Positions 36,689 to 45,552 of a DNA stretch of 64,000 nucleotides are shown piece by piece. Under the pieces are notes generated by a model. It was not told where the DNA came from. It saw only the letters and a list, made by a program, of their open reading frames with translations, and did not search any database. The stretch lies in assembly GCA_964568885.1 (NCBI GenBank), contig CAZMSF010000002.1:4367-68366 (forward strand), written 5' to 3'. Source of the DNA: an uncultured Gammaproteobacteria bacterium. GTDB lineage: Bacteria > Patescibacteriota > Microgenomatia > Levybacterales > GWA1-39-11. Position 1 is the first letter of the stretch. Every line of letters begins with the position of its first letter. The position numbers were made by a program, and so were the translations under genes.

Positions 36689-39223
36689 TTGACCGCTAAC
36701 CCCGAATCCACCACGAAGGTGGGTACAACTGAAGGAGAGGTTGACCTCGCCGAACGGAATGTCGTTTGGCTCCGCGAGATCGGAGTCGAGCACATCTCAA
36801 TCGCCGGCGGTAAAGGTGCCAACCTCGGCGAGATGATGCGCACCGGAGCACCCGTGCCGAACGCTTGGGTTGCAACGGCTCACGCACACGCAGCCTTCGT
36901 CAGGAGTCTGCCGCAGGCTGTCATCGACAAGATGGTGGCCCTCAACGACGCAGACCGCAAGAACGTCACCGCCTTCGCAGTCCTCGTAGAGGAGATCAAG
37001 ACCGGTATCGAAGAACACGAGCTTCCGCTCGAGCTTCGGACGCTCTTCCTCCGTTCCTACGAGATGATGAGGCGGGAGGACGGCAGCCCGGAAGTGGTTG
37101 CCGTTCGGAGTGCAGCCCGTCCTGAGGACGGTGCTGACGCATCCTTCGCGGGTCAGCAGGGAACCTTCACGGACATCCGTGGAGGCGAGAATGTCCTGCA
37201 CGCAATCGTTGCGTGCTGGGGCACATGCTACGAACTCCGCTCGGTAATCTACCGGGCAGAGCTTCGGGAGCAGACCCTCGAAAGCGCAGCCGCAGAACCC
37301 GATGAAGTCCGCAAGCGCGAGCTTCTCGAGTTCGCCGACTGCCTCCGCCACGAGAACTTCGCGATGGCAGTCGTCGTCCAGAAGATGGTCCAGTCCTACG
37401 TGTCTGGCGTCATGCTGATGGTCGACGCTGCGACAAGCGATCCCGCGTTCATCACCGTCCAGGCCGCGTTTGGCCTCGGGCAGGGTGTGGTCGACGGGAC
37501 GATGGAAGCGGAGACGTTCAAGTTCCGCAAGGACGACGAACTGACGCTCGTTGAGGGGCCCATCCGCGTCGCACAGCCTGAGATGTATGTCCGGAACCCG
37601 GACAGCACCGGTTCTATCGAGGACGCCACCATCAAGGTGGCGACACCTCCGTACCTCATCAACGCACCCAAGCTCACGAGGGGCCAAGCACGAGCCATTG
37701 CCCGGTACGGCATGGACATCGAACGGCATTACGGAGCCCCGCAGGATATCGAGTGGGCCGCGGTCCAGGAAAAGACCGACTGGCTCGACTTCTTCATCCT
37801 GCAGACCCGACCCATCACCGTGAAGCCCATCCTCCTCAGTGGAACCCCCGCTCCGACAGAGTCGACCCTCCTTGGGACCGGCGCTGCCGCGAGTCCGGGA
37901 GTCGGCGTGGGGCGGATCCGTATCGTGACCGGCGACCCCGGCAAGGACGCCTCTATCCTGGAGATGGTTCAGCCCGGCGACGTTCTCGTCACCGAGATGA
38001 CCACTCCGGACTGGGTTCCTGCCATGAAGCGGGCGGCAGCCATCATTACCCATCAGGGTAGTGTGACGTGCCACGCCGCTATCGTCAGCAGGGAGAAAGG
38101 GATCCCCTGCATCGTCGCGGTACACAACGCGCTCGAACTCCCCGATGGGGAACTCGTGACGGTCAACGCAGCGACCGGCCAGATCTGGCTCGGCGAATGC
38201 CAAGACACCATCGCATGGTGGGCGGCAGAAGTCGAGTACATGAAGAAGATGGCCCAGAACGTCGAAACCGTCACTCACGTCTGCATCAACGGCGCATCGC
38301 CGCTCGATGTGCAGAAGGCCCTTTCCGAGGGCAAGCGGCCGCGCGGCAACACGCTCGCGCGGGCGGAGTTCTTCTACCTTGACGTCTTCAACCAGCACCC
38401 ACGGGCGCTTCTTGACGACGGCAGGCGGGAGGAAGCCGTTCAGACCATGGTCGACGGCTTCAGCGAACACGCGAACCTTATGTGGCCCGAAACGGCCACA
38501 GTTCGCACCAACGACCTCAAGCCTCACGAGCTTGGCAAGCTCGGTAACGGGCGGGGTTGGGACTACGAGAAGCCCAACATGTCCGAGAACCCGCAAGACG
38601 GGTATCGCGGCGTGGCACGCTACCTCGACCCCAACAATCCCGGCGAGCAGGAAGCTTTCCGCATGGAGGTCGAGGCAATCGCCAAGACGTTCCTTGCTGG
38701 CTGGACCAACATCCAGCTGATGCTGCCGTACGTCCGGGCGGTCGAAGAGTTGACGGAGTGCCTTGCGCTCATCGACTCCATCCTCGAGCCTCTCGGCGTC
38801 AAGCGTGGCGGCGAGGACGGACTCCGGGTCATCATGATGGTTGAGCTGCCTGAAAACGCACTCAACCTCGATGCCTACATCGACGAGGGCATTGATGGCG
38901 TTTCCCTGGGCTCCAACGACATGGGGTCCAAGGTGCACGGCCTTGACCGCGACTGGAAGGGTCGCGCCAAGTACGCCGCCATCGAAGTCGGACCGTCGAT
39001 GCTCAAGCTCTACCAGATGGTAGGCGAGGTTGCCCATCGGCGCGGCCTCAAGTACATCGGGTTCTGTGGGCAGGGCGTTGCGCTCTTCCCCGAACTCGCC
39101 GGCAAGCTCGTCGGCTGGCACTACACGCACATCGGTTGCTCGCCCGACTCGTTCGAGGCGACACTGATCAATACGTACAACGCCGAGTTGCGGCTTGGCA
39201 TCAGGGCCCACAAGGCCGCTTAG
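36689..39223 (+). CDS. ppsA: Phosphoenolpyruvate synthase (pyruvate, water dikinase), divergent
   Basis: TTG start with SD GAGGT; GGKGANLGEM, ASFAGQ, PQDIEWA, LQTRPIT, phospho-His TCHAAIVSRE, SLGSND, FCGQ. Confidence 0.93.
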   Translation: MTANPESTTKVGTTEGEVDLAERNVVWLREIGVEHISIAGGKGANLGEMMRTGAPVPNAWVATAHAHAAFVRSLPQAVIDKMVALNDADRKNVTAFAVLVEEIKTGIEEHELPLELRTLFLRSYEMMRREDGSPEVVAVRSAARPEDGADASFAGQQGTFTDIRGGENVLHAIVACWGTCYELRSVIYRAELREQTLESAAAEPDEVRKRELLEFADCLRHENFAMAVVVQKMVQSYVSGVMLMVDAATSDPAFITVQAAFGLGQGVVDGTMEAETFKFRKDDELTLVEGPIRVAQPEMYVRNPDSTGSIEDATIKVATPPYLINAPKLTRGQARAIARYGMDIERHYGAPQDIEWAAVQEKTDWLDFFILQTRPITVKPILLSGTPAPTESTLLGTGAAASPGVGVGRIRIVTGDPGKDASILEMVQPGDVLVTEMTTPDWVPAMKRAAAIITHQGSVTCHAAIVSREKGIPCIVAVHNALELPDGELVTVNAATGQIWLGECQDTIAWWAAEVEYMKKMAQNVETVTHVCINGASPLDVQKALSEGKRPRGNTLARAEFFYLDVFNQHPRALLDDGRREEAVQTMVDGFSEHANLMWPETATVRTNDLKPHELGKLGNGRGWDYEKPNMSENPQDGYRGVARYLDPNNPGEQEAFRMEVEAIAKTFLAGWTNIQLMLPYVRAVEELTECLALIDSILEPLGVKRGGEDGLRVIMMVELPENALNLDAYIDEGIDGVSLGSNDMGSKVHGLDRDWKGRAKYAAIEVGPSMLKLYQMVGEVAHRRGLKYIGFCGQGVALFPELAGKLVGWHYTHIGCSPDSFEATLINTYNAELRLGIRAHKAA

Positions 39224-39524
39224 ACCGGAGCTCACCGTGAAGCGCGAGTTCCGGATCTTCCATACGAAAACCAGGCCGACCGCGAGGTCGGACACCGGGG
39301 ATGGTCCATACGGTCCATCCTCGCCCCTCCGCCGGTATGAGCGGGCAGACCCACAAGTGGTCTCCCTGCCATTCGGCGGGGGGACCTACATAAACAACTC
39401 AAAACCCCTAACTTAAAACTCAAATCTTATTTTCCAATATCCTCAAGTTTTTCTTACCCTTCTTTGTTTCAATACCAAGACTACCAATATATGATGTATC
39501 AACCTTTGGTGAAAGGAGGTATAA

Positions 39525-39713
39525 ATGGCAAAATACGGAAAAAAAGCACAGGAAAAAATATCCGATGTCATGCATGAATATGGGAAAGGAAAATTGAAAT
39601 CCGGCAGAAGCGGAAAGAAGGTGACGAGTCAAAAGCAAGCGGTAGCGATAGGAATTTCTGAAGCCAGAAAAGAGGGAGATAAAGTGCCAACGCCGAAAAA
39701 GCATTACGCTTAG
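39525..39713 (+). CDS. Small basic DUF6496-like protein
   Basis: SD GAAAGGAGGT; VMHEYGKGKLKSG...VTSQKQAVAIGISEAR. Confidence 0.85.
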   Translation: MAKYGKKAQEKISDVMHEYGKGKLKSGRSGKKVTSQKQAVAIGISEARKEGDKVPTPKKHYA

Positions 39714-39719
39714 ATGTAT

Positions 39720-39821
39720 GAGGGGTCCTGTCTGCGCTCTTCCCCCGTCCGACAATCCTCATCGCTCACTTCGCTCGGATTGCGGGTGCTCGACGGGGGT
39801 CCCCCTTCGCTTGCCACCCCA
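39720..39821. repeat. Structured intergenic element, copy B
   Basis: GGGTCCTGTC...CCCCCGTC//GACGGGGG-TCCCC...TGCCACCC; inner stem CAATCC/GGATTG. Confidence 0.75.
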
Positions 39822-39902
39822 GATGAAATTAGTTTAGTCTTTTTGAAACAGAAAAGAAAGAGGAAAGGAGAGGAAAATTAACCTCTAAAGGATAAAGGAT
39901 TT

Positions 39903-40184
39903 ATGAGAAAGGTTAATACTGAGAAAATTGAACCGAATTTAGCGCTTTGGGAGCTTGAGATAGAGCAGTTGGAAGGTCGCTCGCTTGAGAAAAAAGGAAG
40001 AGAAGAGATAAACGAAATGTTATCTGAGGGATGGCTTTTATTGTCTGTCTATACTTTGCGTTTTAAAGACGGGGAAGATACTTGGCTTGAGCGACCGATG
40101 GCGATTTTGGGACTTCCAAAACATCCTGTAAAAATAAAGAGAAAGAAAGAGAAAAAGGCATATCCCGAGTCGGTAGTTTTGTAA
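39903..40184 (+). CDS. Hypothetical protein
   Basis: 93 aa; EINEMLSEGWLLL...AILG pattern. Confidence 0.7.
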   Translation: MRKVNTEKIEPNLALWELEIEQLEGRSLEKKGREEINEMLSEGWLLLSVYTLRFKDGEDTWLERPMAILGLPKHPVKIKRKKEKKAYPESVVL

Positions 40185-40201
40185 AAACTTAAAGCCCCGG
40201 T

Positions 40202-40840
40202 TTATTTAGTTGTAAGAATAGTCGTTGAAAGTAGTGTTGCGTGCATGTATGCATCGTGCATTGAGGAGTACATCTTCTGATAATTCTTGTCGGCATAAGA
40301 GTCCAAAATCGCTTTTTCGTCTAATACGTGGCGGGCAAAATAATTTTGCGCATTCATGTACGAATCAACGTTTTTTCCTTGAGCAAGAAGCGATGAAAAA
40401 TCATCGGTGAATTTTTGGAGACTTTGAAGGGCAATTGTTTCTCTTGCATTGTCTTTTAGCTTTTTTGCATCTGCGTAATCAAGGAAAGCGTTAATGTGGT
40501 TTGTCCAAATAGTCAAAAATTTATTTTTTACGTCTACCCCATACAAACTTTCCATCTGCGAGGCAAGTTGTTGGGTGTTATCATCAACCGCCTGCTTTGA
40601 TGCTTGAAAGTCTGCCCTCCGTTCGTAGCGCGATATTAACATCTGCCCGCCGACAAGTGCATGCTCTCCCATAAGAGTATCCAGAGTTTGCTGTTTTTGT
40701 TCGGTAGAAAGTGGGGGTGTTGTTGGGGTGGTTTTTGGTTGTTGAGCAAAAACGTTTTGAAGAGCCGGTACTTGGAGGATAACAGGGGCAGCCAGCATAA
40801 CAAAAAGAAGTGAAAGTATAAAGAAAAGATTTTTTGACAT
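40202..40840 (-). CDS. Secreted helical-bundle protein with His-containing motifs
   Basis: Signal peptide; LMGEHA, WTNHINAFLDY, HDAYMH. Confidence 0.8.
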   Translation of the reverse strand: MSKNLFFILSLLFVMLAAPVILQVPALQNVFAQQPKTTPTTPPLSTEQKQQTLDTLMGEHALVGGQMLISRYERRADFQASKQAVDDNTQQLASQMESLYGVDVKNKFLTIWTNHINAFLDYADAKKLKDNARETIALQSLQKFTDDFSSLLAQGKNVDSYMNAQNYFARHVLDEKAILDSYADKNYQKMYSSMHDAYMHATLLSTTILTTK

Positions 40841-40902
40841 ATGGCAAGTGTAAACGGTAGGAGCAAAAGGTGAGTTAATGAACGGTATGAATTTTACAAG
40901 AA

Positions 40903-42015
40903 CTATTCGAATTTGAAGAGGAAGAATTCGCAGGATTGCTGAGTGATTTGAGCGGGCCCGACAGTCGGTGTCGGGGTGGGGGTGTCTGTTGGGGTCGGAG
41001 GGACAAAGGTTTTCAGGTTAAGCTGAGGATTTCTTACCGGCTTGGGAGTCGCCGTAGGAGTCGAGTTTTGTTGTTCGGTGTCATTTCCCCCACCAAAAAG
41101 ATTTGCAAAGAAGGAGGCTACATTATCAAAAAATGATTTGTTGCTTGTTGATGCTCCGAGGATTACAGTGTTGCCGACGACCGGAACAAATGCGGTTTTT
41201 TTATCGCATGTCGGTACCGCCTGGACACGATAAACCTGTCCCTTTTCCATTGAGGAGGGAACATCAAGGTCCCACGTTGCTTTATACCGGGTTTTTTGGG
41301 CGGTAGTTTCGGCAACAATTGCAGCTATATTTTCTTTTTTGTCGATTGTCACAATTTTATCAGCTTCTTTGTAGAGAGTGAATGTGAAGGCGGAGATTTT
41401 GGCGTATTTCCCGTCATCACCTTCAACTTTACCAAAGGCAGTAATTGCAGTTTTTCCTCCGCGGATAATTGCACCTGCCTCAAGTCCATCGCATTTACAC
41501 ATATTTTGTGCAAAAGGTGTCGAGCATTTATTGTTGGTGCAGGCCGTGCACCCCGCGTCTTTTGCAGCACCCGTGCAGTCACCATCTTTTGTGCACGCTA
41601 CCCCACACGCAGGGGGAGTTTTGCAAACGCCACTAATACAAGCTGTACAGGAATCTTTTGCGCCAGTGCAGTCACCATCTTTTGTGCACGCTACCCCACA
41701 CGCAGGGGGAGTTTTGCATGCGCCGCTTATGCATGCGGTGCAGCCGTCTTTTGCTCCCTCGCAGTCTCCGTCTCTAGTGCATGCGACATTGCATGCAGGA
41801 GCCTTCTTGCACGTATATCCGTTGGTGCCTGAAACGCAGTCAGAGCAATCTTGTGGGCACGCGACTCCACCGGGGGTACATGTCTGGCCGCAGGCAGGAG
41901 GGGGTTGGGTCGGAAGACAGACATTATCAACTGCCCGTGCTTTTTGAGTAGTCAAGAATATAAATATTAGTGCAAAAAATCCTACCAATAATGTTTTAAA
42001 AGCTACAATTTTCAT
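40903..42015 (-). CDS. Secreted Cys-rich repeat protein
   Basis: Signal peptide; PACxVACTxDGDC...CTAC repeats; VILGA motif; QLNLKTF near the C-terminus. Confidence 0.88.
   Translation of the reverse strand: MKIVAFKTLLVGFFALIFIFLTTQKARAVDNVCLPTQPPPACGQTCTPGGVACPQDCSDCVSGTNGYTCKKAPACNVACTRDGDCEGAKDGCTACISGACKTPPACGVACTKDGDCTGAKDSCTACISGVCKTPPACGVACTKDGDCTGAAKDAGCTACTNNKCSTPFAQNMCKCDGLEAGAIIRGGKTAITAFGKVEGDDGKYAKISAFTFTLYKEADKIVTIDKKENIAAIVAETTAQKTRYKATWDLDVPSSMEKGQVYRVQAVPTCDKKTAFVPVVGNTVILGASTSNKSFFDNVASFFANLFGGGNDTEQQNSTPTATPKPVRNPQLNLKTFVPPTPTDTPTPTPTVGPAQITQQSCEFFLFKFE
41573..41800 (-). repeat. 93-nt (31-aa) intragenic tandem repeats
   Basis: Identical 53-nt blocks at 41573-41625 and 41666-41718, plus a more diverged copy. 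Confidence 0.92.
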
Positions 42016-44249
42016 AGTAATTCAAATGCTCCTAATTCTACTACGGTAAAACCATTTCTTTGAAGAGGGAGAATTTCAGGTCGAGAAACTGAATAGGGAG
42101 AATCAACTCGATGAATAACCAGGTGCACTCTATGCATCGTATCCGGTTTTGGTACAAGAGAGAGTGGGAGATTTCTCTCAACTTCTGCCTGATTTGCGAT
42201 TCCGATGAAATAATAACGGGCTTTAGTCTTTATGGTATTGACGACATCTTGAGAAAGTCGGTTTGTCTCATTCTCATTTAAGCCAAGTTCCGACGCGATT
42301 TTATTTACTTGGGTCGGGATTTCACTTCTCCCTACGATAAATCCTTTCGAGGGTAGCGAAAATTGAACCGTCCGTGGGTCATACTCATAATAAAGGTACT
42401 GTCTTTCCGTACCGTTTGCCCGGATTGTTCCATCATGAAGTACTAGAGTCCGGATAGTGTTGTTTTTGATTTCCGGGTCCGAGTAGGTCAGCTTTGCGCC
42501 GGTTGAGACAATTATTGACTCTGTTTGAATTGGATAGAGAAAGATTGCAGGAGAAAGACCAGTAATATAACAATGTGGGTCTCCCGATTGATATCCGGGT
42601 TGAACTCCATTCGTGTTCTGAAATACTTTTGGAAAGCGGGTTTTACACACTTGCATTTCTGCCGGTATGTTAAGGTCAGGGCAAAGACCTTTGGCTATGG
42701 CGTTTATCATGTCAGTCTTATTTGTCGAGCCTGTTGTGCTTATGAGGTAATAAGTATTTGGTGCTGTTGATACTTGTCCAAGCACAATTTTTCCGTATCC
42801 TGGAATGTCAAAAGTAACGACCTTTGCATAATCTGATTCTTTCGAGCACTCAGTCGGCGTAGGCGTAGGAGTACAGGCTCCGCCACTAGGAGATGGGTTT
42901 GGGGAAGTCGAGGGAGAAGGGGATGTTGTGGTGGAGGGTGACGGACTCGGTGAAGATGTTGTTCCTGGAACGTTGTTGCCGTGGTCCTGCGCATAGGCCT
43001 TTTTTACGAATGGATTTGTGAGAAACCCAATTTGTGGCTTTGAGGCCTTAACAGCTTGGATGAATTTAACGGTATATCCTGAATTGAGTGATGCAACACC
43101 TTTAATTATGTAATACGGTTCGTATGAATCCTGCGTGTCTTCAAGCGGTTTTTCAATGTAGCCCATTACCATATCGGTAATGGTAGCATCAGTACTTTCT
43201 GCTAAATTGTTAGGATACACTTTCTTTAGGTCAACCGTTCCGGTGCCTGCGGGCATCATAATGGTAAAGTCGGCTTGATTATTTCTCACTTTAGAAAGCG
43301 CTTCTTGGGGTCCGATTATTTTTTCAGTTGTAATTTTTTTATCTCTATCGAGCTGCCGCATTGTTGAGCTGATAGTGACAATGCTTCCGTCTTTTTGAAC
43401 TCCAATAACGACGCTATTGAAATCAACCGGTCGGGAAAGTCCGTCTTGGTTGTTGTTGGTGTTGATGACACTTTCATCCCGTGGTCCGTTGGGGTCTGCA
43501 TATCCCGGGCTTAAAGTCGACATGAATTTTGTTTCGGGAAGGTTAAGAATGCCGGGAGGGTTAAGAAGCGGTGCGCCTAAGAGATTCCAATTTCTATGAC
43601 ACTCAACATACGTGACGTCTTTGGCATCCGACTTTTGGAAAGTTACCGGACACGTCACCGTTGCATCAAGCATCCCCAAAGTTCTGAGTATTGTTTCGGC
43701 AACGGATTGAGGATTTTGTGAGCCGGCGATTTTTAATCCGGTGGCATTATAGAAATCGAAAGTTCCCACTTTAGGGTTTACCAAAAGAAAAGAACTTTTT
43801 TCACCACCGTCTAATGTATATAAGTCATAATCATCCGAGCTTTTTTTAAGTTTTGCATTCGCAAGATTGAGTTTTTCCTTTAAGCTTCGTACCTCTTCGG
43901 AAGATACATTATTTTTTAAAGGGTATACTTTGACCGCAGAATTGGTAAGCGGTGAATTTTTTACTTTGCCAAGTGCGCTTCTGTCCTCGTATTTTGTTGA
44001 AGTAAATTTTGGAATTTGAGTGGAAGGAATTGTCTCTTGGGATGTTCTTGAGTTTGGCGATGTGTTTGGCTGTTTTGAAAATATAAGTATTAAAACCAAA
44101 ATTAAACCGACCGCTGCAATAAGTCCCACCAAAAGAAGTGTTTTCACAGGAAGCATTCGTGGTCCCTTTTTAAGGGATTCTTGGGTATCCGGCAAAGAGG
44201 GGGAGGCGGGCTGTTCCATAACATTTACTTCGGAATTTTTATTTTCCAT
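42012..44249 (-). CDS. Large single-TM surface protein with a divergent C-terminal KPxIYLYP-type domain
   Basis: SPAIFLYP, YLYYEY, PKPDT..RV, GFTVVELGA; S/P/T linker. Confidence 0.85.
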   Translation of the reverse strand: MENKNSEVNVMEQPASPSLPDTQESLKKGPRMLPVKTLLLVGLIAAVGLILVLILIFSKQPNTSPNSRTSQETIPSTQIPKFTSTKYEDRSALGKVKNSPLTNSAVKVYPLKNNVSSEEVRSLKEKLNLANAKLKKSSDDYDLYTLDGGEKSSFLLVNPKVGTFDFYNATGLKIAGSQNPQSVAETILRTLGMLDATVTCPVTFQKSDAKDVTYVECHRNWNLLGAPLLNPPGILNLPETKFMSTLSPGYADPNGPRDESVINTNNNQDGLSRPVDFNSVVIGVQKDGSIVTISSTMRQLDRDKKITTEKIIGPQEALSKVRNNQADFTIMMPAGTGTVDLKKVYPNNLAESTDATITDMVMGYIEKPLEDTQDSYEPYYIIKGVASLNSGYTVKFIQAVKASKPQIGFLTNPFVKKAYAQDHGNNVPGTTSSPSPSPSTTTSPSPSTSPNPSPSGGACTPTPTPTECSKESDYAKVVTFDIPGYGKIVLGQVSTAPNTYYLISTTGSTNKTDMINAIAKGLCPDLNIPAEMQVCKTRFPKVFQNTNGVQPGYQSGDPHCYITGLSPAIFLYPIQTESIIVSTGAKLTYSDPEIKNNTIRTLVLHDGTIRANGTERQYLYYEYDPRTVQFSLPSKGFIVGRSEIPTQVNKIASELGLNENETNRLSQDVVNTIKTKARYYFIGIANQAEVERNLPLSLVPKPDTMHRVHLVIHRVDSPYSVSRPEILPLQRNGFTVVELGAFELL

Positions 44250-44341
44250 ACCTATTTTATATTAGGAATAAATGTTTAAAAGTTCAAGCAACAAAAAATC
44301 CTACTTTTCAAATTGATGTTCACCGTTTAATATATTTCAAA

Positions 44342-44758
44342 ATGCCAAGAAGAGAACACGAGGGAAGAGCAATCAGAGGGTCTGAGGATCTGGCGCTTAT
44401 TAAAAGCAGTGACGACGTGCCGAAAATAGATAATCCTGCGGAGCGGGAGTTTGCCCGGCTGCTCCTTGATAAGACCTCCCTTGAAATTACACACGAGCCA
44501 ACGTTGTTTTATTATCACGACGACGAAGGGATATTGAGGGGAACACTCCCCGATTTTAGAGTGGTCAATCCCGATACCGGAGCTGCGACCTATATTGAAA
44601 TTACGACTTCAAGTAATGGAAAAGGCAGACAGCAGTCAATTATGCAGCGATTAGCACCCGATGTGCACTATGTCGTTTTCAAAAGAGAAAAATTGGAAGC
44701 AATTCAGAATAAATTCCCCGAATATCATTTTTTTAACGGAAACGGTCCGGCAAAATGA
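44342..44758 (+). CDS. PD-(D/E)xK-fold-like protein
   Basis: PAEREFARLL...EP...LPDF...YIEITT. Confidence 0.7.
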   Translation: MPRREHEGRAIRGSEDLALIKSSDDVPKIDNPAEREFARLLLDKTSLEITHEPTLFYYHDDEGILRGTLPDFRVVNPDTGAATYIEITTSSNGKGRQQSIMQRLAPDVHYVVFKREKLEAIQNKFPEYHFFNGNGPAK

Positions 44759-44811
44759 TATTGCAATTTGAAAAGCGTTTGTTAACATGTACTATTCCTT
44801 GCCCGATAGAA

Positions 44812-45549
44812 ATGCTGAATATTGAGCGAAACGCTTTTTTGGTATCCGGCGGTGGTTCTACCATGCTCGAGATGGTAAAAGCCTCAATGGGGGGAGAAAC
44901 TCCCGGATTTCAACCTGCAGTAGTCATAGCAAGCAATCCATATGCCGGTGCCATAGAGAAAGCCCAGTCAGTGGGTTTGTCTGTTGAAATAGTAGATCCT
45001 AATACTTTCCGCGGAGATGATGGAAAGGTTGACCAGTACAGTTATTACCAGGGTCTTCGGAAAGCAACAGATAAATATGGTGCAACAGTTTTTACTCAAA
45101 ACGGACATTTGCCTCTTACTCCCGTAGACTACATTCTCTATATGTCAAGATTTGGGCAGGGAGGTTTTAATCAGCATCCCGGAAGAGTTCCTGATTTTGG
45201 GGGAAAGGGAATGTTTGGACGACGGGTTCATGCTGCAACATTGATATTCAAAAGAGATGTGAGGAGTGACAAAATGATGACGACTCCAATCGTTCAGAGA
45301 GTTCATCTAGAATTTGATAAAGGAGCAGTAGTTGGATTTAGGGATGTTCTAATAGCGCCAAACGATACAGTGGATGAATTACAGCAAAGAGTGTTGCCTG
45401 TTGAGCATGAAATAAACGTCCAGTTGGCCAAAGATATAGGCTCTGGAAGAATACAAGAATATGAATTTGTATCAGAGATAAAACCTGGCGAAGAGATAAA
45501 TCTCAGAAATGCGAAACGGATTGCACGATTACTATATCCCAACGGTTAA
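44812..45549 (+). CDS. purN: Phosphoribosylglycinamide formyltransferase (divergent)
   Basis: LVSGGGST, NQHPG, FGGKGMFG..VH, FDKG, QRVL.VEH. Confidence 0.92.
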   Translation: MLNIERNAFLVSGGGSTMLEMVKASMGGETPGFQPAVVIASNPYAGAIEKAQSVGLSVEIVDPNTFRGDDGKVDQYSYYQGLRKATDKYGATVFTQNGHLPLTPVDYILYMSRFGQGGFNQHPGRVPDFGGKGMFGRRVHAATLIFKRDVRSDKMMTTPIVQRVHLEFDKGAVVGFRDVLIAPNDTVDELQQRVLPVEHEINVQLAKDIGSGRIQEYEFVSEIKPGEEINLRNAKRIARLLYPNG

Positions 45550-45552
45550 TAT

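Larger units (their letters stand above)
36480..39385. other. High-GC island
   Basis: Abrupt switch from very AT-rich 36100-36470 to GC-rich sequence with C/G-ending codons; returns to AT-rich at about 39390. Confidence 0.85.

Noticed and set aside
36797-39295. 832-aa antisense ORF over ppsA
   Set aside because: Shadow frame expected from strong C/G third-position bias; no recognisable motifs, while the sense strand is a clear PpsA.
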